This document shows, piece after piece, positions 42,950 to 56,400 of a stretch of 64,000 bases of DNA (its first letter is position 1; every line of letters begins with the position of its first letter). The stretch lies in the NCBI GenBank assembly GCA_050084985.1, contig JBITNC010000001.1:60388001-60452000 (forward strand). The letters run 5' to 3'. Both the position numbers and the translations under genes were made by a program. The notes under the pieces are model-generated. The model was given only the letters and a program-made list of their open reading frames with translations, ran no database searches and had not been told where the DNA came from. This stretch comes from Nageia nagi (taxonomy: Eukaryota; Plantae; Pinophyta).

Positions 42950-44400
42950 CTTAGGTGGCGACAAGGATAACCCAAAGGGAGTGAGGATGCATTCCCATGT
43001 ACCCTTATAAAAGGGGCATCACAAGAAAAATGGAAGCGATTTTTTAAAGACTTTGATCACAAATAACTTCAAGACTATGTTCCATGAAATTTCAGGAAGG
43101 GCAGAGTACAACAAGACGTATTTTCGAAAAAATTAGGAACAATTAGACATCTTGAAGACATGTAAGTTGTTGATGTACCCGCAGCACCCCAAGGGGATGT
43201 ATGTGTCCAATTTCCTTATCCCAAATCTGAAATGTTTGAGAGACATGGAGAAGGACCTAGAAACATTCCAAGAATGACACCAAAAGTTCAACAAAAAGGT
43301 GGTCAAGAGGACATTTCTTATGCATCGCCAAGTTCAAAACCTTTCAGGGTGCATGCAAAAAATCCAATATGCATTTCAAAAACCCGTACTTGGGACCAAA
43401 GGTGCAAAACACTGCTCTTCTAATCAAAATTCATACTAAAGTTTCAGTTTAGGTTTTGAAGAAAAGCTAAACTTGACTTGGCACAAAAAAGTCAAAAACC
43501 TCAATAGCTAGTCATAAAGAAATTTGAATACAAGGACTGACTGGTTCGTGGTCCCCCAATACTTTTTAATTTCAGTTTTGGCATTCTTTATTTTATAAAC
43601 ATATCATCAATGGTTAAGATGTTTAGGAACCCCTATATAGATAGAATTTTAGAATGCCCACCAATCATAAGAAGTAGGCTAAGGCATTCTCAAAACATAA
43701 AGGATAGGTGATTGATGGTGCCTTGCGTAACAGGGATGATCCTGCCCGCAACTCAAGCATCTTGGATACAATCAAGCATTCCCTTGAGCTACCCCAAGTA
43801 CATGGTACTCAAGTGGGGATAGGAACATACATAAGGTGATGGGGACACATTCCTACATACCCATGTAAAAGAGGCACCATAAGAAGAATGGAAATAACTC
43901 TTCAAAAGAATCTAATGATAAGGGGACTTCAAGGACTTTAGGAACCCCAAGAAAAGGAAAGGCAGTACTCTTGTGATCCAAATTGAAACTTTGATAGTTA
44001 TGTTGATGAGCTAGCCATTTGGCACAAAGGTCAAACATCTAGGGTTGGACCGAAAAAAAATTGTTAGTGAGGATTTGTTGGATTGAATTACTCAAATAGA
44101 GGAGCATCTCAAGATGCATAGATACCCAAAAAAAGGCAGGGATTATTTGGCTTTGTTCGGCTAGAAGGAATTTACTATTATGCTTGTTAAGAATTTTGAT
44201 CCAAAGTAGGTCTTACTATGTGCAATTCATCGAATTCATACAAACTGGATCCCTAGTAAACTAGATTCAAAATTTTCAGGTTAACAAATTGTGTCCGTCA
44301 TCTCTTTAATTAAGGATTCATAGATAACTTTATGAAAGAAATAGAAAGAGGCTAGAAAATTGGCATGAAAAGTAGAAAAAGAGTTATGCCATAAGTTTCC
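42950..44400 (-). mobile_element. Possible decayed L1 LINE ORF2 fragment
   Basis: Minus-strand remnants LGIRKL (~43220) and YIGVP (~43635) occur in the order seen after the L1 RT domain. Weak. Confidence 0.3.
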
Positions 44401-44637
44401 CTTTCAAGCCAAGAAGGATTATAAAATTAAATTTGACACAGAAGTCCTTTGGAGAAAGAAGACAAAGGGATTTCTTATTGTAACAGTGAAATATAATCCA
44501 ACACAGAAATATAAAAAGAAGAAGCTCTTCTTGATTGACATTAATGAATAATACAAGAACAAGAACAAATCAAGGAAACAACAGATTCGATAATTGTAAG
44601 GGCAAAACTATAGTCCCATTGCATTTTATATATCAAG

Positions 44638-44904
44638 CATAGTTATGAAATTCGGGAATTTTTTTATTTATGCAATCAAATATTCATGGAATCAATGAAA
44701 ACTCATAACAGCCTAAAAATTCGAGATGTGATTTTTATCAAAAAAATCACCGAATAATCATCATTTGGTGCATTTTATGTAACCTTAGTCTTTTTTTTTG
44801 CATTTTTTATTTGTCAAGGTTTTTGCAAAATATTCTCCAAATCGCCAAATTTCTAATGTTTGGACCCAAATTAATATTATCTGAACATAAACTTCACTAC
44901 TATG
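44638..44904. mobile_element. Second hAT-type MITE family (267 bp), intronic
   Basis: Perfect 8-bp TSD ATATCAAG (44630-44637, 44905-44912). Imperfect TIR CATAGTTATGAAATT / AACTTCACTACTATG. Confidence 0.85.
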
Positions 44905-46070
44905 ATATCAAGATAAGACACTCAATCATTTTACACCGCTTCAAATTCATGTGGCCCTAGCCAGAGCAGGTGCCATAATATCAATCTTGAAAGGAAAGAC
45001 TATTTGCTGTCAAGATTGTAAACGATGTGAAATGAGGAAGCTGATGCAGTCATGTGAATTCAATGAGTCATATCATTGGATATAATATCAATGAACTATA
45101 ATGAGATATTTTTGGGGCGAAGAAAGTATGGACAGGCAACAGGATTAATGGGAACGCAAGATTCTCTTCAAGTTGCAATTGTATATCAAATGAAGAAGCT
45201 CTTAAGGAAGAGTTGCTTAACTATGATTTATTCAATTCATGGAACAAGGGCAAAAACTTCATCCAAGTTTTCAGGATATAACTGTATGACATGTTAAAAT
45301 CTTTCAGGAACCTAATTGGTTAACCCTTCAAAGAGAACAAGACATGTGAACAAATTAATTCCAAGAACTCAGCTAACTAACATTAGGCCTTATTATTACA
45401 TATATGAGTAGAGTGAAGAGGGTCAAAGAGATGTTAGATCAAGGTATTATTTGGCCCAGAATCAACTAAAATGCTTCATTGACCGTCTGAAGGGGTAAAG
45501 GCTAACTCATAAAGAAGGTGTTCAAATGGCTGAATTGCAGAGAACTCAACAGATTGATGATAATGAAGATTTTCCTATTCCTGTCATTGATGATAGGAAT
45601 CCTGATGACTTATCCAAATTTGCAATCTTCAAAGACAAGCCTCCTTACAGGGGAGGGCATGTTAATGGTCTTAGCCAAAAAATAGCAACCAATGCTCTTT
45701 CATTTGATTTGCTCAGGTCCTTAGACATGGATTGTCATCCTTTCAGCATAGAGACTAGTGATAGATTGGTCCTACAATAACATTATCTTTGAAAATCTTT
45801 CACTACAAAAGAGGAAAACCTTTTTCTAATTCAGATACAAAGGTTATATATAAGGACCATAGTGCGATCTTAAGTTCTGATGAAGAGTAATTTGTGATCA
45901 TAAATCCTTCACTGTTTAGATAAAAAAGGATTGACTCCTAACTGTAGACAATAATTAGATCCAGTGTTCATTCAAGGATCTGTAACCTTTAACTTCAATA
46001 TATGATAACAACAGCAAATATGCCTGAAACAGATCAAGGAATTAAGAACTAAATATTTTTCTTTCCTTAC

Positions 46071-46950
46071 CTGTGCCTGTAGATTTTCTATAGAAAGAAA
46101 TTGCTGATTTGGATGAAATAAAACAGTGCGGGCAGTCATAGCTTGTATAAAACTTCTTTTCTCTAGAAGCCACTGCTCACTCTGCCCAGAAATTCTTGCA
46201 TTTTGTTCTATATAGCCACATGGATTTATTGCCACCCTTTTGATCCACATCAGCAATCCTGAAAAATGCTGTTCATATTTCCTCTTGCCATTGGGAGTTC
46301 CTAGTATGCCAGCACTAGTTTCTTTGCTGTCTCTGATAAGTACAAGAGCTTCATCTTTACTGTCTGTTATCAATGTAGGAGGTTCTTCTTTCTGTCTGTT
46401 ATCAATGCAGGAGATTCTTCTTTACTGTCCATTATCACTATAGGAGATTCTTCATGACCGTCTCTATGACAATGGGAGAATCTTTAATTCCCGTTCCATA
46501 AACAGAATCGTCATGCTGACTATTCCGTTTGCTATCTTGGGCATCATGCTTTGAACCGCCAACTTCATGCAGCCACCTTACCACTTCCTTCAAGTACTTC
46601 GCATAAATCAACTTGAGAGTTGGCCCACATTCTGGACCAAATCCTAAATCACCTGCTACTGTGACCCACATTTGCTTTGCAGAGACCATATCATACCCAC
46701 CTATCTTGTTAACACTAATTAATAGCTCATACAGATCAACAGCCCTTCCATCAGGAAGGATGACCGGTAAAGGTCTACCCCGTGCATGTGGAAGCCCCTT
46801 CAGACATATAGTTAATGCCTGATCAAAGAACTCTCTCGCCTTGTCCGTAGAACATAAGCCTGTCTGAGGCATGGATGGCGTAGGAACCGTGAGAGGATCG
46901 CCAAGGCTCACGCTCAACCTATCATCTGTAGAAGGCAGGGAATCACCCAT
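46071..46950 (-). CDS. ARID1/ARID2-like protein, first coding exon (ARID/BRIGHT domain), frameshifted as given
   Basis: First in-frame ATG at 46950. REFFDQAL..RPLPVILPDGRAVDLYELLISVNKIGGY..WVTVAGDLG..LKLIYAKYL, then in another frame KRKYE..GLLMWIKRVAINPC. Frame break at ~46465-46390. Confidence 0.85.
46325..46486 (-). repeat. Coding 33-bp (11-aa, EESPxxIxDSK) tandem repeat, 5 units
   Basis: GAAGAATCTCCT..ATA..GACAGTAAA units; two units are only 32 bp. Confidence 0.85.
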
Positions 46951-47723
46951 TGGACTACAAGCAGATCGAATTGTCTCAATAACAGTCACTGGTTCAAACA
47001 GTTGAGTGAAACAAGGGGCATACCTCCTAATGCCCAATGATTTTACAGGTAAATTTTCACTGTCCAAGAATTACCTTATGCATCACACACAACTTTACAA
47101 GTATAAACAATGACTTTAACTGCAATATACAACCTCCCAATATCACCCAATGGTTCCAGAGAGAATTATCAACTCCCAAGTAATGCTGAGAAGCTTAGTG
47201 ACAAATTCTCAACTTCCCAGTAAGTTTAAGCCTTAGGCTCCAGACAATAGCAACCAAACAAAATGCGTTAAAACATACAGACTCCTGAGATCACCAAACT
47301 CTTCCATTTCCCTGCAATTTTTTTAATCAAAATGCCAAGTGCAACTTTCAGGCTCAAATCATCACAAAAAATTCTTGAACACCACAAAGCGTTCATAAAT
47401 TCCTATTGCCTACTAGCATGTTCCACATCAAAATCCATAAACATTTAGAAACTGTACACCATGTTGGCGCTCGCTCTCTCTCACACACACACTTTCATAC
47501 ATCACATGACACACTCCAATATCTTGGTTCACAGCATCGTTTAAACTTCTCCTCGAGAGAAAGAAAGAATAAAATAATGATTTCGGTGACGGTATCATTC
47601 AAACTCAACAAGAAAAGATGAAAACAAATTCACATCAATAAGAAAACGGCGACCCATAAAAACAAATAGCAAATTATGGTCATTCAAAACCAACCCATAA
47701 AAAATTCAAATGCCCAGAATATC

Positions 47724-47732
47724 ACTCACCTG
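47724..47732 (-). promoter_or_regulatory. Probable 5'UTR intron donor of the ARID gene
   Basis: Perfect CAG|GTGAGT at the edge of a CpG-rich segment (47730-48180). A second donor GAG|GTAAGA lies at 48117; candidate acceptors at 47312, 47186 and 46955. Confidence 0.5.
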
Positions 47733-48988
47733 AATCCCCATCTGAAATTTTGTTTCGAATTCTGGACGGGATCCTTCGTCACTCCTCCGCCAAAATTAAA
47801 CAGTATTTTTTTTTACTCATTTTTTAAATCCCACAATTTTTAAATCAGATCTAAATACGAAATTTGTGGATAATATCGGATAGGACAGGAAAATCTTGGC
47901 AACGGGCAAAGATTCTCAGATTTATATTGCCCAGAACTGAAATCGAAGCGGGAAATGCAAAAGATTCCCGTGGAATCCCAACTGTTTTGACGGGGAAGCC
48001 GTCCGAGCTCGCTGATTTCCGAAGGGCGTCAGCAGATTTCGGGCAAATTTGAGAGGCTTTAGCCCAGTAATATAAAAATATTAGAAAAGAGAAACTTCTT
48101 CCTATTCTTCTTCTTACCTCTGGTGGAGAAAAAACCAATAAGGAGAGCTTGGAGAGAAAAAAAGCGTCAAAGCACCCCAACCCAATATATTGTAGCTTGC
48201 CTAGACCTGTTCTAATTGATTTGGGTGTTACAATAATATGATGGGTTATGGAAATATATGGGAGATTGTATTCTTATAGGGGACGATTAAAGCAAAGGGT
48301 ATTGGGTCGGTCAAGCCCTAGATTAATTGTTGTTTATTGGGAGAATGCTGGGGCTTTGGAGAAGGGTTATATGGATGTGAGAGATTTCTTGTTTCGCCAA
48401 GTTGGAATGACAACAGATTTGGCTATCTAGGTTTTGGAGGAGGAGGCAGGCTTTGGGTGGTTTTAGTCACTCTCTTCCTCTATGGATGTTGAGGACCAAG
48501 GTTTCTATGGATGGGAATCTAGGGTTTGATATTAGGGTTTTAAATTTGTTAATTTTGGTATTGTTTATCAATATTTTAGGTTTAGGTGGTTGCAAATCAT
48601 TTTAATTTGTAAAAGGTGTTTAAGATTTTGATTTAGTAGATTAGATGGGTCAAAATTTCTTGAAAATGATGTTTTTATAATATGATTTTTTTTATTGGGA
48701 GAGGTGTTGTAATTGTGTTCTTGGTTTTAGAGGATTGATATGGGAAGCCATAATAAAAAAAAGGTTTGGGAAGATATTTTGTGAGGAAGAAATTCAAGTT
48801 TAAGAAGATAGTGTAAGAAGTGGGTTAGGGTTTGAAGATATTTGTGAAATGAGAGTTGAAATTGAGGTAAATTATTGAAAATGGAGAGATAATATATGAT
48901 GTGTGAAATGCCAATAAACTTTAGTAAGAATATGTAAAGAAAGTACCTTTATAGCACTTATTTAAAGGTATTCAAGGTGGAGTATCAA

Positions 48989-49227
48989 TTCATTTATATA
49001 ATTCAGGTTGGGCCCTAGAGTTTTTCATTTTTTACTTGAGCTACTTTTGCTAATGTACTTTAGTTGTAGGATTTCCTTGGAGAGTTTTGAGGAACAATAA
49101 GGGTATGAGGTTTTATTATGTAATATTAAACTTTATCTATTTTAACATAATTTTGAATTCAAATTTAAAAGATAATAAATATGGAATGAAAATAATGTAT
49201 GTAGATTAAATATATAAATATATATAT

Positions 49228-49279
<52 letters not shown>

Positions 49280-50486
49280 TCAAGGCTTTTATTTATCTTT
49301 TATTTTTATTTTTTTAATATCTTAAATATTGATACTCGAGCTTGCATGGTTAGAGAGGTACAATAGAACCATGAGAGAATGATTTTGAACCTAGGTGTCT
49401 CCCATATGGAAACAACCCACTTTACTAATCCAACTCCATGATCATAGTCATATAAAGATTTATTTTATATGCGAGTAGCAAGCATCTTTACTTTTTATAC
49501 AAGTTACTCAATTTGTAGTTATAGATGATATTTATATAATTAATGAAGATAAAAGACTCATATTTTAGTGTAAAATAAAACAACAAAGAAAAGTCTTGTA
49601 GATGTAGTTCAATGATAAAATTAATAAAAATCAAGAACATCTAAGTATTTGAAGTAATATTAGGTATGTTTAACTTTGTTAGATACTATAGCCAAAATAA
49701 AAAGCATAAATATGACTAAAGAGCTTAAATGTGTTGATTTAAGTATATTAATATTCATTTATATAACTATGGTTGGGCCTTAGGAATTTTCATTTTGTAG
49801 TTGAGCTACTTTTGCTAATGTACTTTAGTTGTAGCCCTTTCTTACAGGGTTTTGAGAAATAATAAGGGTAGTAGGTTTTATTATGTAATATTAAGCTTTT
49901 TCTATTTTAACATAATTCTGAATTCAACTTTAAAAGATAATAAATATGAAATAAAAATAATGTATGTAGAAAATAAATAAATAAATATTTTTGTTGGAAG
50001 GCTCAAGGCCTTTATTCATCTTTTATACATTTTTTTAATATCTTAAATATGGATACTCAATCTTGCACGATTAGAGAGGTACAATAGAACCATGAGATAA
50101 TGGTTTTGAACCTAGGTGGCTCCCATAAGGAAATAACCCACTTTACTAATACACCTCCATGATCAGAGTCATATAAAGATTTATTTTATATGTGAGTAGT
50201 AGGCATCTTTACTTTTTATATTGGTTATTCAATTTGTTGTTATAAATGATATCTACATAATTAATGAAGATAAAACACTATCATATTTTAGTGTAAATTG
50301 AACAACAAAGAAAATTAGTCTTGTAGATGTAGTTCAATGATAAGATTGATAAAAATCAAGTAGAACTAAGTATTTGAAGTAATATTCGACATGTTTGACT
50401 TTGTTAGATACTCTAGCCAAATTTAAAAATATAAATATGATTAAAAGTAGTAAAGAGATTAAATGTGTTGATTTAAGCATATTAAT
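48989..50486. repeat. Tandem duplication (~765 + ~735 bp) upstream of the ARID gene
   Basis: 48989-49752 is collinear with 49753-50486 (ATTCATTTATATAA...TTGAGCTACTTTTGCTAATGTAC...AAATGTGTTGATTTAAG). A (TA)n tract at 49210-49275 occurs in the first copy only. Confidence 0.9.
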
Positions 50487-52876
50487 ATGTTCTAGGTCTA
50501 TTTGGGTTTATTTGAGGTATGACCAAAACAATATGTATGATTTAGTAATCATGAGTTTTAAATTAAAAAAAATGAACATTAATTCTCAATAAAAAGAAGG
50601 TTGCCTAGTACAACACTTAGTCATGGCATAATTGAGATAATCAAGAATATAAGCTAATTAAAATAATACTTGAGCATAAGGGCTAGCAAAGAGAAGGAAG
50701 ATTGAACTTACCTCCTAAAATTATCTTATTTAGACTTGCAAATGAAGAGTCAAGCATCACGAGATAATGCCATTTTATATTTGTAGAGTTAAAAGAATGA
50801 TTTCAAAATTTTGATTGAGTAAATGAATATCTCAAATAGCTACATATATGAAACAATAATTATTTTATATTTTTGAAGGTTTCTTATCAAATTTTAAGTT
50901 TCAAAATTCAAGGGTGGGTAGCTTAAGAGACAAGGAATGGATTGGTACTAATTTCATATAAACAGAGCATATATTGAAATTTAACTTATAGTTTTGGATA
51001 GAGCTCCAATATGCATAAGATTTGTGAGTGAGTATAAAATACAAGAGAAGGCATAAGGTGTTCTTTGTAGGTTGTGAAGTAGATCTTTTAATCAATTTTA
51101 GATAATTTGGATACATATAAAATATATTATATGAAATATATTAAAAATAAAATTATATTAAAATATAAATATCAGTATCAAGAATATACAATACAATCCA
51201 CTTTGAGAAGAGTATTTGAGCAATGGAATGTAGTGCCAGTATGCAAATCAAGATATGAAAATAAATATAGGGGATTGGATTTCACTAAACCATGAACCTA
51301 CTAATTTAGAAAATATAATGTATACATAAAATAATATGCTCACTTTACATATGAAATTTTGGTAAAGAAAATAAATTACACCCCAAAGTATCATATTGAT
51401 GATTAGTTATTTCCCTCAGTGATGTGAAGTAAAAATTTTCAATGTGATAACCTTCATGATCTCAAATGTAATTATCATCTTATGAATTAAGAGTTCTAGA
51501 GTTCAAGTAAAACTCTACTTAGGGGGGTGGAATAGAACCTCCTTATGCATGATGACCTTCACTCCAAAGTAGTGACCATGATACTATTACAAGGTAATTT
51601 GTATAATTAAAAATATAACACTTGCAAAATAATCTAATATAATATAATAATAGTCATTCAAGATCAATCTAACTATGTGATGCTAGTACAAGAAGTAAGA
51701 AATTCTAAATCTAAAAATACTTCATGATAAAATTTCAATGATCCAAATAAGATTTTACCCTAGGAATGGACAAACTCTAAGAATTCACAACAAACTACCA
51801 AGTTGTAAAATTAGAATATGAGATAATTGTCACTTTTTATAATAGAATTGATGTTATACACTATCCTTAATACTCAATAATTGACCATCCATATGACAAG
51901 ATAGTAACCAATCAAAATATATAGAAGTATATGAGTATGTAAGGATTATAATATGCCTCCCATTTTAGAAAGCTTTTCTTAGAAGCTTGTAAATGCAAAA
52001 CATCTTTCACTATTGTATATGCCTTCCAATTAGCTTGTTCATCAATAATATCTTTCCATTTAATAAGCAACTATTTTCTTCTTGATTTCTCATTTTGTGA
52101 ATGTTGGTTGAATATAGTATCTTGTTCTAATGTTAACACCTAAAAAGGAATTTTAATTTAATTCAAAAACCGCTTTTAGGTATTTGTAATAATTAATTTA
52201 TTTAATTGATATATTACTCTTATCATTATGCACACTCATCTACCTTTGTATTTTATGATAACAGGTTGGTCCTGAGATAAGCCCAAGAAGGAATCTTGGC
52301 CCATGTGCACCATAAGCCCAAGGAGGAGCCTTGACACTAGATCTTTTATCTATAAAGGTGGAAGGGTTGTGCATGAGAAATCGTGACATGATCAGGAGTC
52401 CTTTATATATGGTAATATACTTGTGTTATTCTTGGTCATTGTTTCTCAATGCCACCTATTAGATTTGGATTTTGTTATACTCTGAGTTCTACAATCCTAT
52501 GATCCTTTCAAGATAGGGACATCGACGATATTGAGAAAAAGGGAAGGTAATATGGAATAGTAACTAAGTGATGTCGCTAGGATCCTAGTGTTGTTCTTGG
52601 GTTGAGGATGATTTGGTGGCTCCATTAATCAAGGAAGCTTAGCGTTCATCACCTTTGAGTTGAGTATCACCTTCGTTCATTGCAATAGGTAAAGTACATA
52701 TTTGTGTCTTTCATTAATCTAGGTTTGATAGGTCATTATCATCTTTCATGTTACTACTGTTTACTACTATTTGGTTAAACTAAATATATTAAATAACCTT
52801 AATTAATTATTATTTCGATTATAGTAATTGGTGAAACCAAATTTTCTTTGAAACATCGCTTTATCATTCATTAGTT

Positions 52877-53430
52877 ATGCTAAAAACCCTAGGGTTTTTA
52901 GATAGGATTGATATTGTATTTTCAAGTATTAAAGAAATGGAACTAGCTAAATTTCTTATCATGGTCAATAGCTTTAATGATGCAACAAAAGATAATATAA
53001 AGAAGATGCTTTATAGAGCTGATGCTAGAAGTGAGGGTTCCAATAATGGTGGCAATAATAGATCAGTTGGAATCCATCCTATTGGATGTAGGGATTCAAG
53101 TCCATTATGTGATGAAATTCATAATTCTAGGGTATCAAACCTTCAAGTAGATCATATCATCGATTTATATCAAGGTGAAGGAGATCCCAATACTCACATT
53201 AAGGATTTAGAGATTAAATTGAAGTTAAAGTTTGGAGTGGATGATAATTTGATGGTAAAATATTTCCCAACTACATTTTAGGGTGATGCCCTAACTTGTT
53301 ACTTTTCTTTTCCCATTAAATCTATCAATTGTTATGAATAACTTATTTCAAAATTTTACATGCATTTCAAATATCATGCTCTTAGACAAGTTACAATTTC
53401 ATATTTAATAAGTTCTATATAAGGACCAAA
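52877..53430 (+). pseudogene. Gypsy retrotransposon gag remnant, possibly with a 5' LTR at 52131-52855
   Basis: YQGEGDPNTHIKDL...DNLMVKYFPTTF*GDALTCYFSFPIKSINCYE*L is a typical Retrotrans_gag pattern. An upstream TGTTAAC...AAACA segment has a TATA but no PBS. Confidence 0.7.
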
Positions 53431-56400
53431 CACTATAAGAAAATGGTTGTCAGGCATCAAGAATAATGTCAAGCCTTTTTATTTTTTGATTTATGATGTT
53501 ATTTTTGTTAGGCCATATCAAGGGTTTGATTTAAGTTAATTTTTTTTACTTCCTAATGTTAGTCTTGATGTTGTGGCTAACGAAATTACCTACGTAAATT
53601 TTACAATATTTCTAATGTTATTATTGATGATATGTATGACATTACATTTTTAATATTCTAACAATATGTCTGATGGTAAGTTGAAATTACATGATGCATA
53701 GATGATGCAATATTGTCTCTAAATATCCCAAAAATAATAAAATTAGTTGTAAATTTTAAAACTTTGAATTCATCCAAATTAAGCACCACTTTTTGACCAT
53801 AAAGCGAACCCATGTTTTGGCACACACCCACATATGTTTTAATTAGAATCTTTATAAATTGTTATATGCATAGAAAACCTTTCAGTATGTCTATAAAATA
53901 TAAATGATTGAAATCATTTAATTTTCATAACATTCATAAAAATATAAATAATTTTATGAATCATTTAATTATCATTTATATCATCTTCATCAGGAAAAAA
54001 TATAATATGTTTTCCTTTGGGATCAACAATAATTACAAACCACATTGTCTCATCCTCTACATCTGGATAGAAAAATACTTGACTATAATATTATGGTAAA
54101 ACATAAGGCTCTTTATCTTCAGCTAAATATTTTATGAAGTTGATTGCAAAGTATTTACTATTGTCAACATGTAATATTGTTCTTCTATCAAGTGTGTCAA
54201 ACCATTTACATCTAAATACTACACATTGGAGTGACTTGAAATTCAATTGAATAATTTGTTGAATTTTTCCAACATATTGTAATGTTCCTTCTATAAAGTT
54301 TTTATATTTTGTACTTGCACAAATTGCTTGGTCAAAATCAACCATCACTCCATAGTAAAATGCCACTTTATTCTAATCAATTTTTTAAATTCTAAAGTGT
54401 TGACCATATGCTACATTGCAGAGAAAACTAATGCCTGCAAATATTTACATAAAAAATATTACTAACGTAATTGTTATATTTATATAAACTATTACGCTCT
54501 TATAAAAATATAAAAAATTAAATGCACATCAGTGAATTAATAACAATGATATTTTGATTGCATCCAATGGCTATATTTTGAACATCTTCATTTATATTCT
54601 CATCTCCTTATCTTTCTTTCTCATCAATTGCTTCCCTTAACCATGAATTTGGACACTCTGTTGGCCAATTTTTATCTCTTAGCTATGCAAGTATAGGTGT
54701 ATCCCTTGGATATTATGTATAAAAAAAAGGTACATTCTTCTGCAAGTATACTTATTTTTATTTTTTGTACAATTCAAGCTACTCCTTGCAACATTCCATA
54801 TTCATCATGACAAACTAGTTTATAGATTCAAACTTTTAGTAATCTATAAAATCATGATTAAATTAATCTAAAATGCATGTTATACATATTATTATAAATT
54901 AGTAATATCTTTAATATTGTTAGTACCTTTAATAGTATAATTTGTCCCATTATATTCCAAAATCATTCTTTCAAAATTTTCTATGTCTTTGTCTGCTTGC
55001 CACGTCTTTGGTGTAGAAGGATGGATTTGGGGAATATACTCAGATGTATAAAACAAATTCTTGTACAATGTATCCCTCACCCACTGATCCTTCTAGTTGT
55101 GATTTTTGTTTAACAAATGCTTTTAGTACTTTTAAAAATCTCTCCACAAAAAACATACTTTTAGCACTTATAACAGTTGTTATTTCTTTATCATCTACTA
55201 AGTGGATCAATATGTGCCCTTGTATGTCCATAAAAAAGTAGACATTTCATTTTCAAAAGTACAAACAAATTCAACAATTTCTCTATGCCATCTAGTTATT
55301 TTGCTCACATGTATCTCCTTGCTAGTTATCCACCTATTTATAATAAAAATATAATATCATAAAATGTATGCATAATTGATAGAGAAATTAAAAAAAATAA
55401 TAATTAAACACATGCTATTTTTTCATAAAGTAGTACCATAACATGACATACCTTAGAAATAATGATAGTCAACCAATTGCCTTTTTTAGATCTAGAGGTA
55501 AATCCTTACATCCATGAATTGTAAGTGGAAAAATATGTTGTACATAAAGTTATGTATTGTGAAAGTATTATTAATCATTATATTTTGAAAAAATATATAT
55601 TAATACTAAAAAATAATTTCTATAGACATATAATATGATAACACCTGCAAGAAGTTATGGCAATCATGAGATTTTAATCATGTTATTCTATCATCAGTAG
55701 TGAATGCTTTTCTTAGAGATGATCCATATTGAGTTGGTGTTCTAATGGTTTTAATAAAATTATGTACCATGTTCACTTCTTCTTTAGACATTATCCATGG
55801 TAAGTGAGCAATTTTTTTTTTTTCATTCTATCTAATATCCATAAGGTACGCCTTATGTTGGTGTCTCTTAAGTCATTTCTTACATTAACAATATTAGATT
55901 TTGTAGTTGTATACCAATATAAAGAAGATGCAACATTCTTTACAATATGCATAGGATCCATTAAATGTGCCACTAACAAGTGCTTCCAGTATGGAAGTTT
56001 ATAAAAGATTGATAATCATTTTATGCCTACAAAATATGTATACAATCAATCATTAATTAGTAAAGTAATAAAATTGGAATATTATAAATGTGTTTTTTAA
56101 TAATAACTAAACATAATGATATATTTTGTTAAAATTCACCTTTGGGTAAATCATCTTCACCAACAATAAAATCATCTAGCTCTTCATACCATTGTTCCTC
56201 ATCAAATCTTCCCCAACATATATCTTCACTTTGCTAGTACTTTCCCACCAATCAATAAGAGTTGCATAATTGGGAGTGGGGGTGTAATCAAACTCACCAT
56301 CAAACTATGATGGATTACGCCCATGAAATTTATGATCCATTGGCAAATATTTTCTATTTCCAAGGTATTCCATCTTTCTCCTCGTACTTAAATACCTTAT

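Larger units (their letters stand above)
39426..46070 (-). other. 6645-bp GT-AG intron of the ARID gene containing TE insertions
   Basis: Donor CAG|GTAAGG (46070) and acceptor TGCAG (39426) join LQAQ|KKQK in frame. Confidence 0.85.

Noticed and set aside
45526-45780. 84-aa intronic antisense ORF as a nested gene
   Set aside because: No recognisable motif or splice and promoter support.
46951-47067. ORF-track start at 47067 for the ARID protein
   Set aside because: It is a TTG codon two codons after a stop; the first in-frame ATG is at 46950.
50500-52100. Retroelement pol relic (GLDFTKP at ~51275)
   Set aside because: A single motif, compatible with either Gypsy integrase or copia RT, and too decayed to call.
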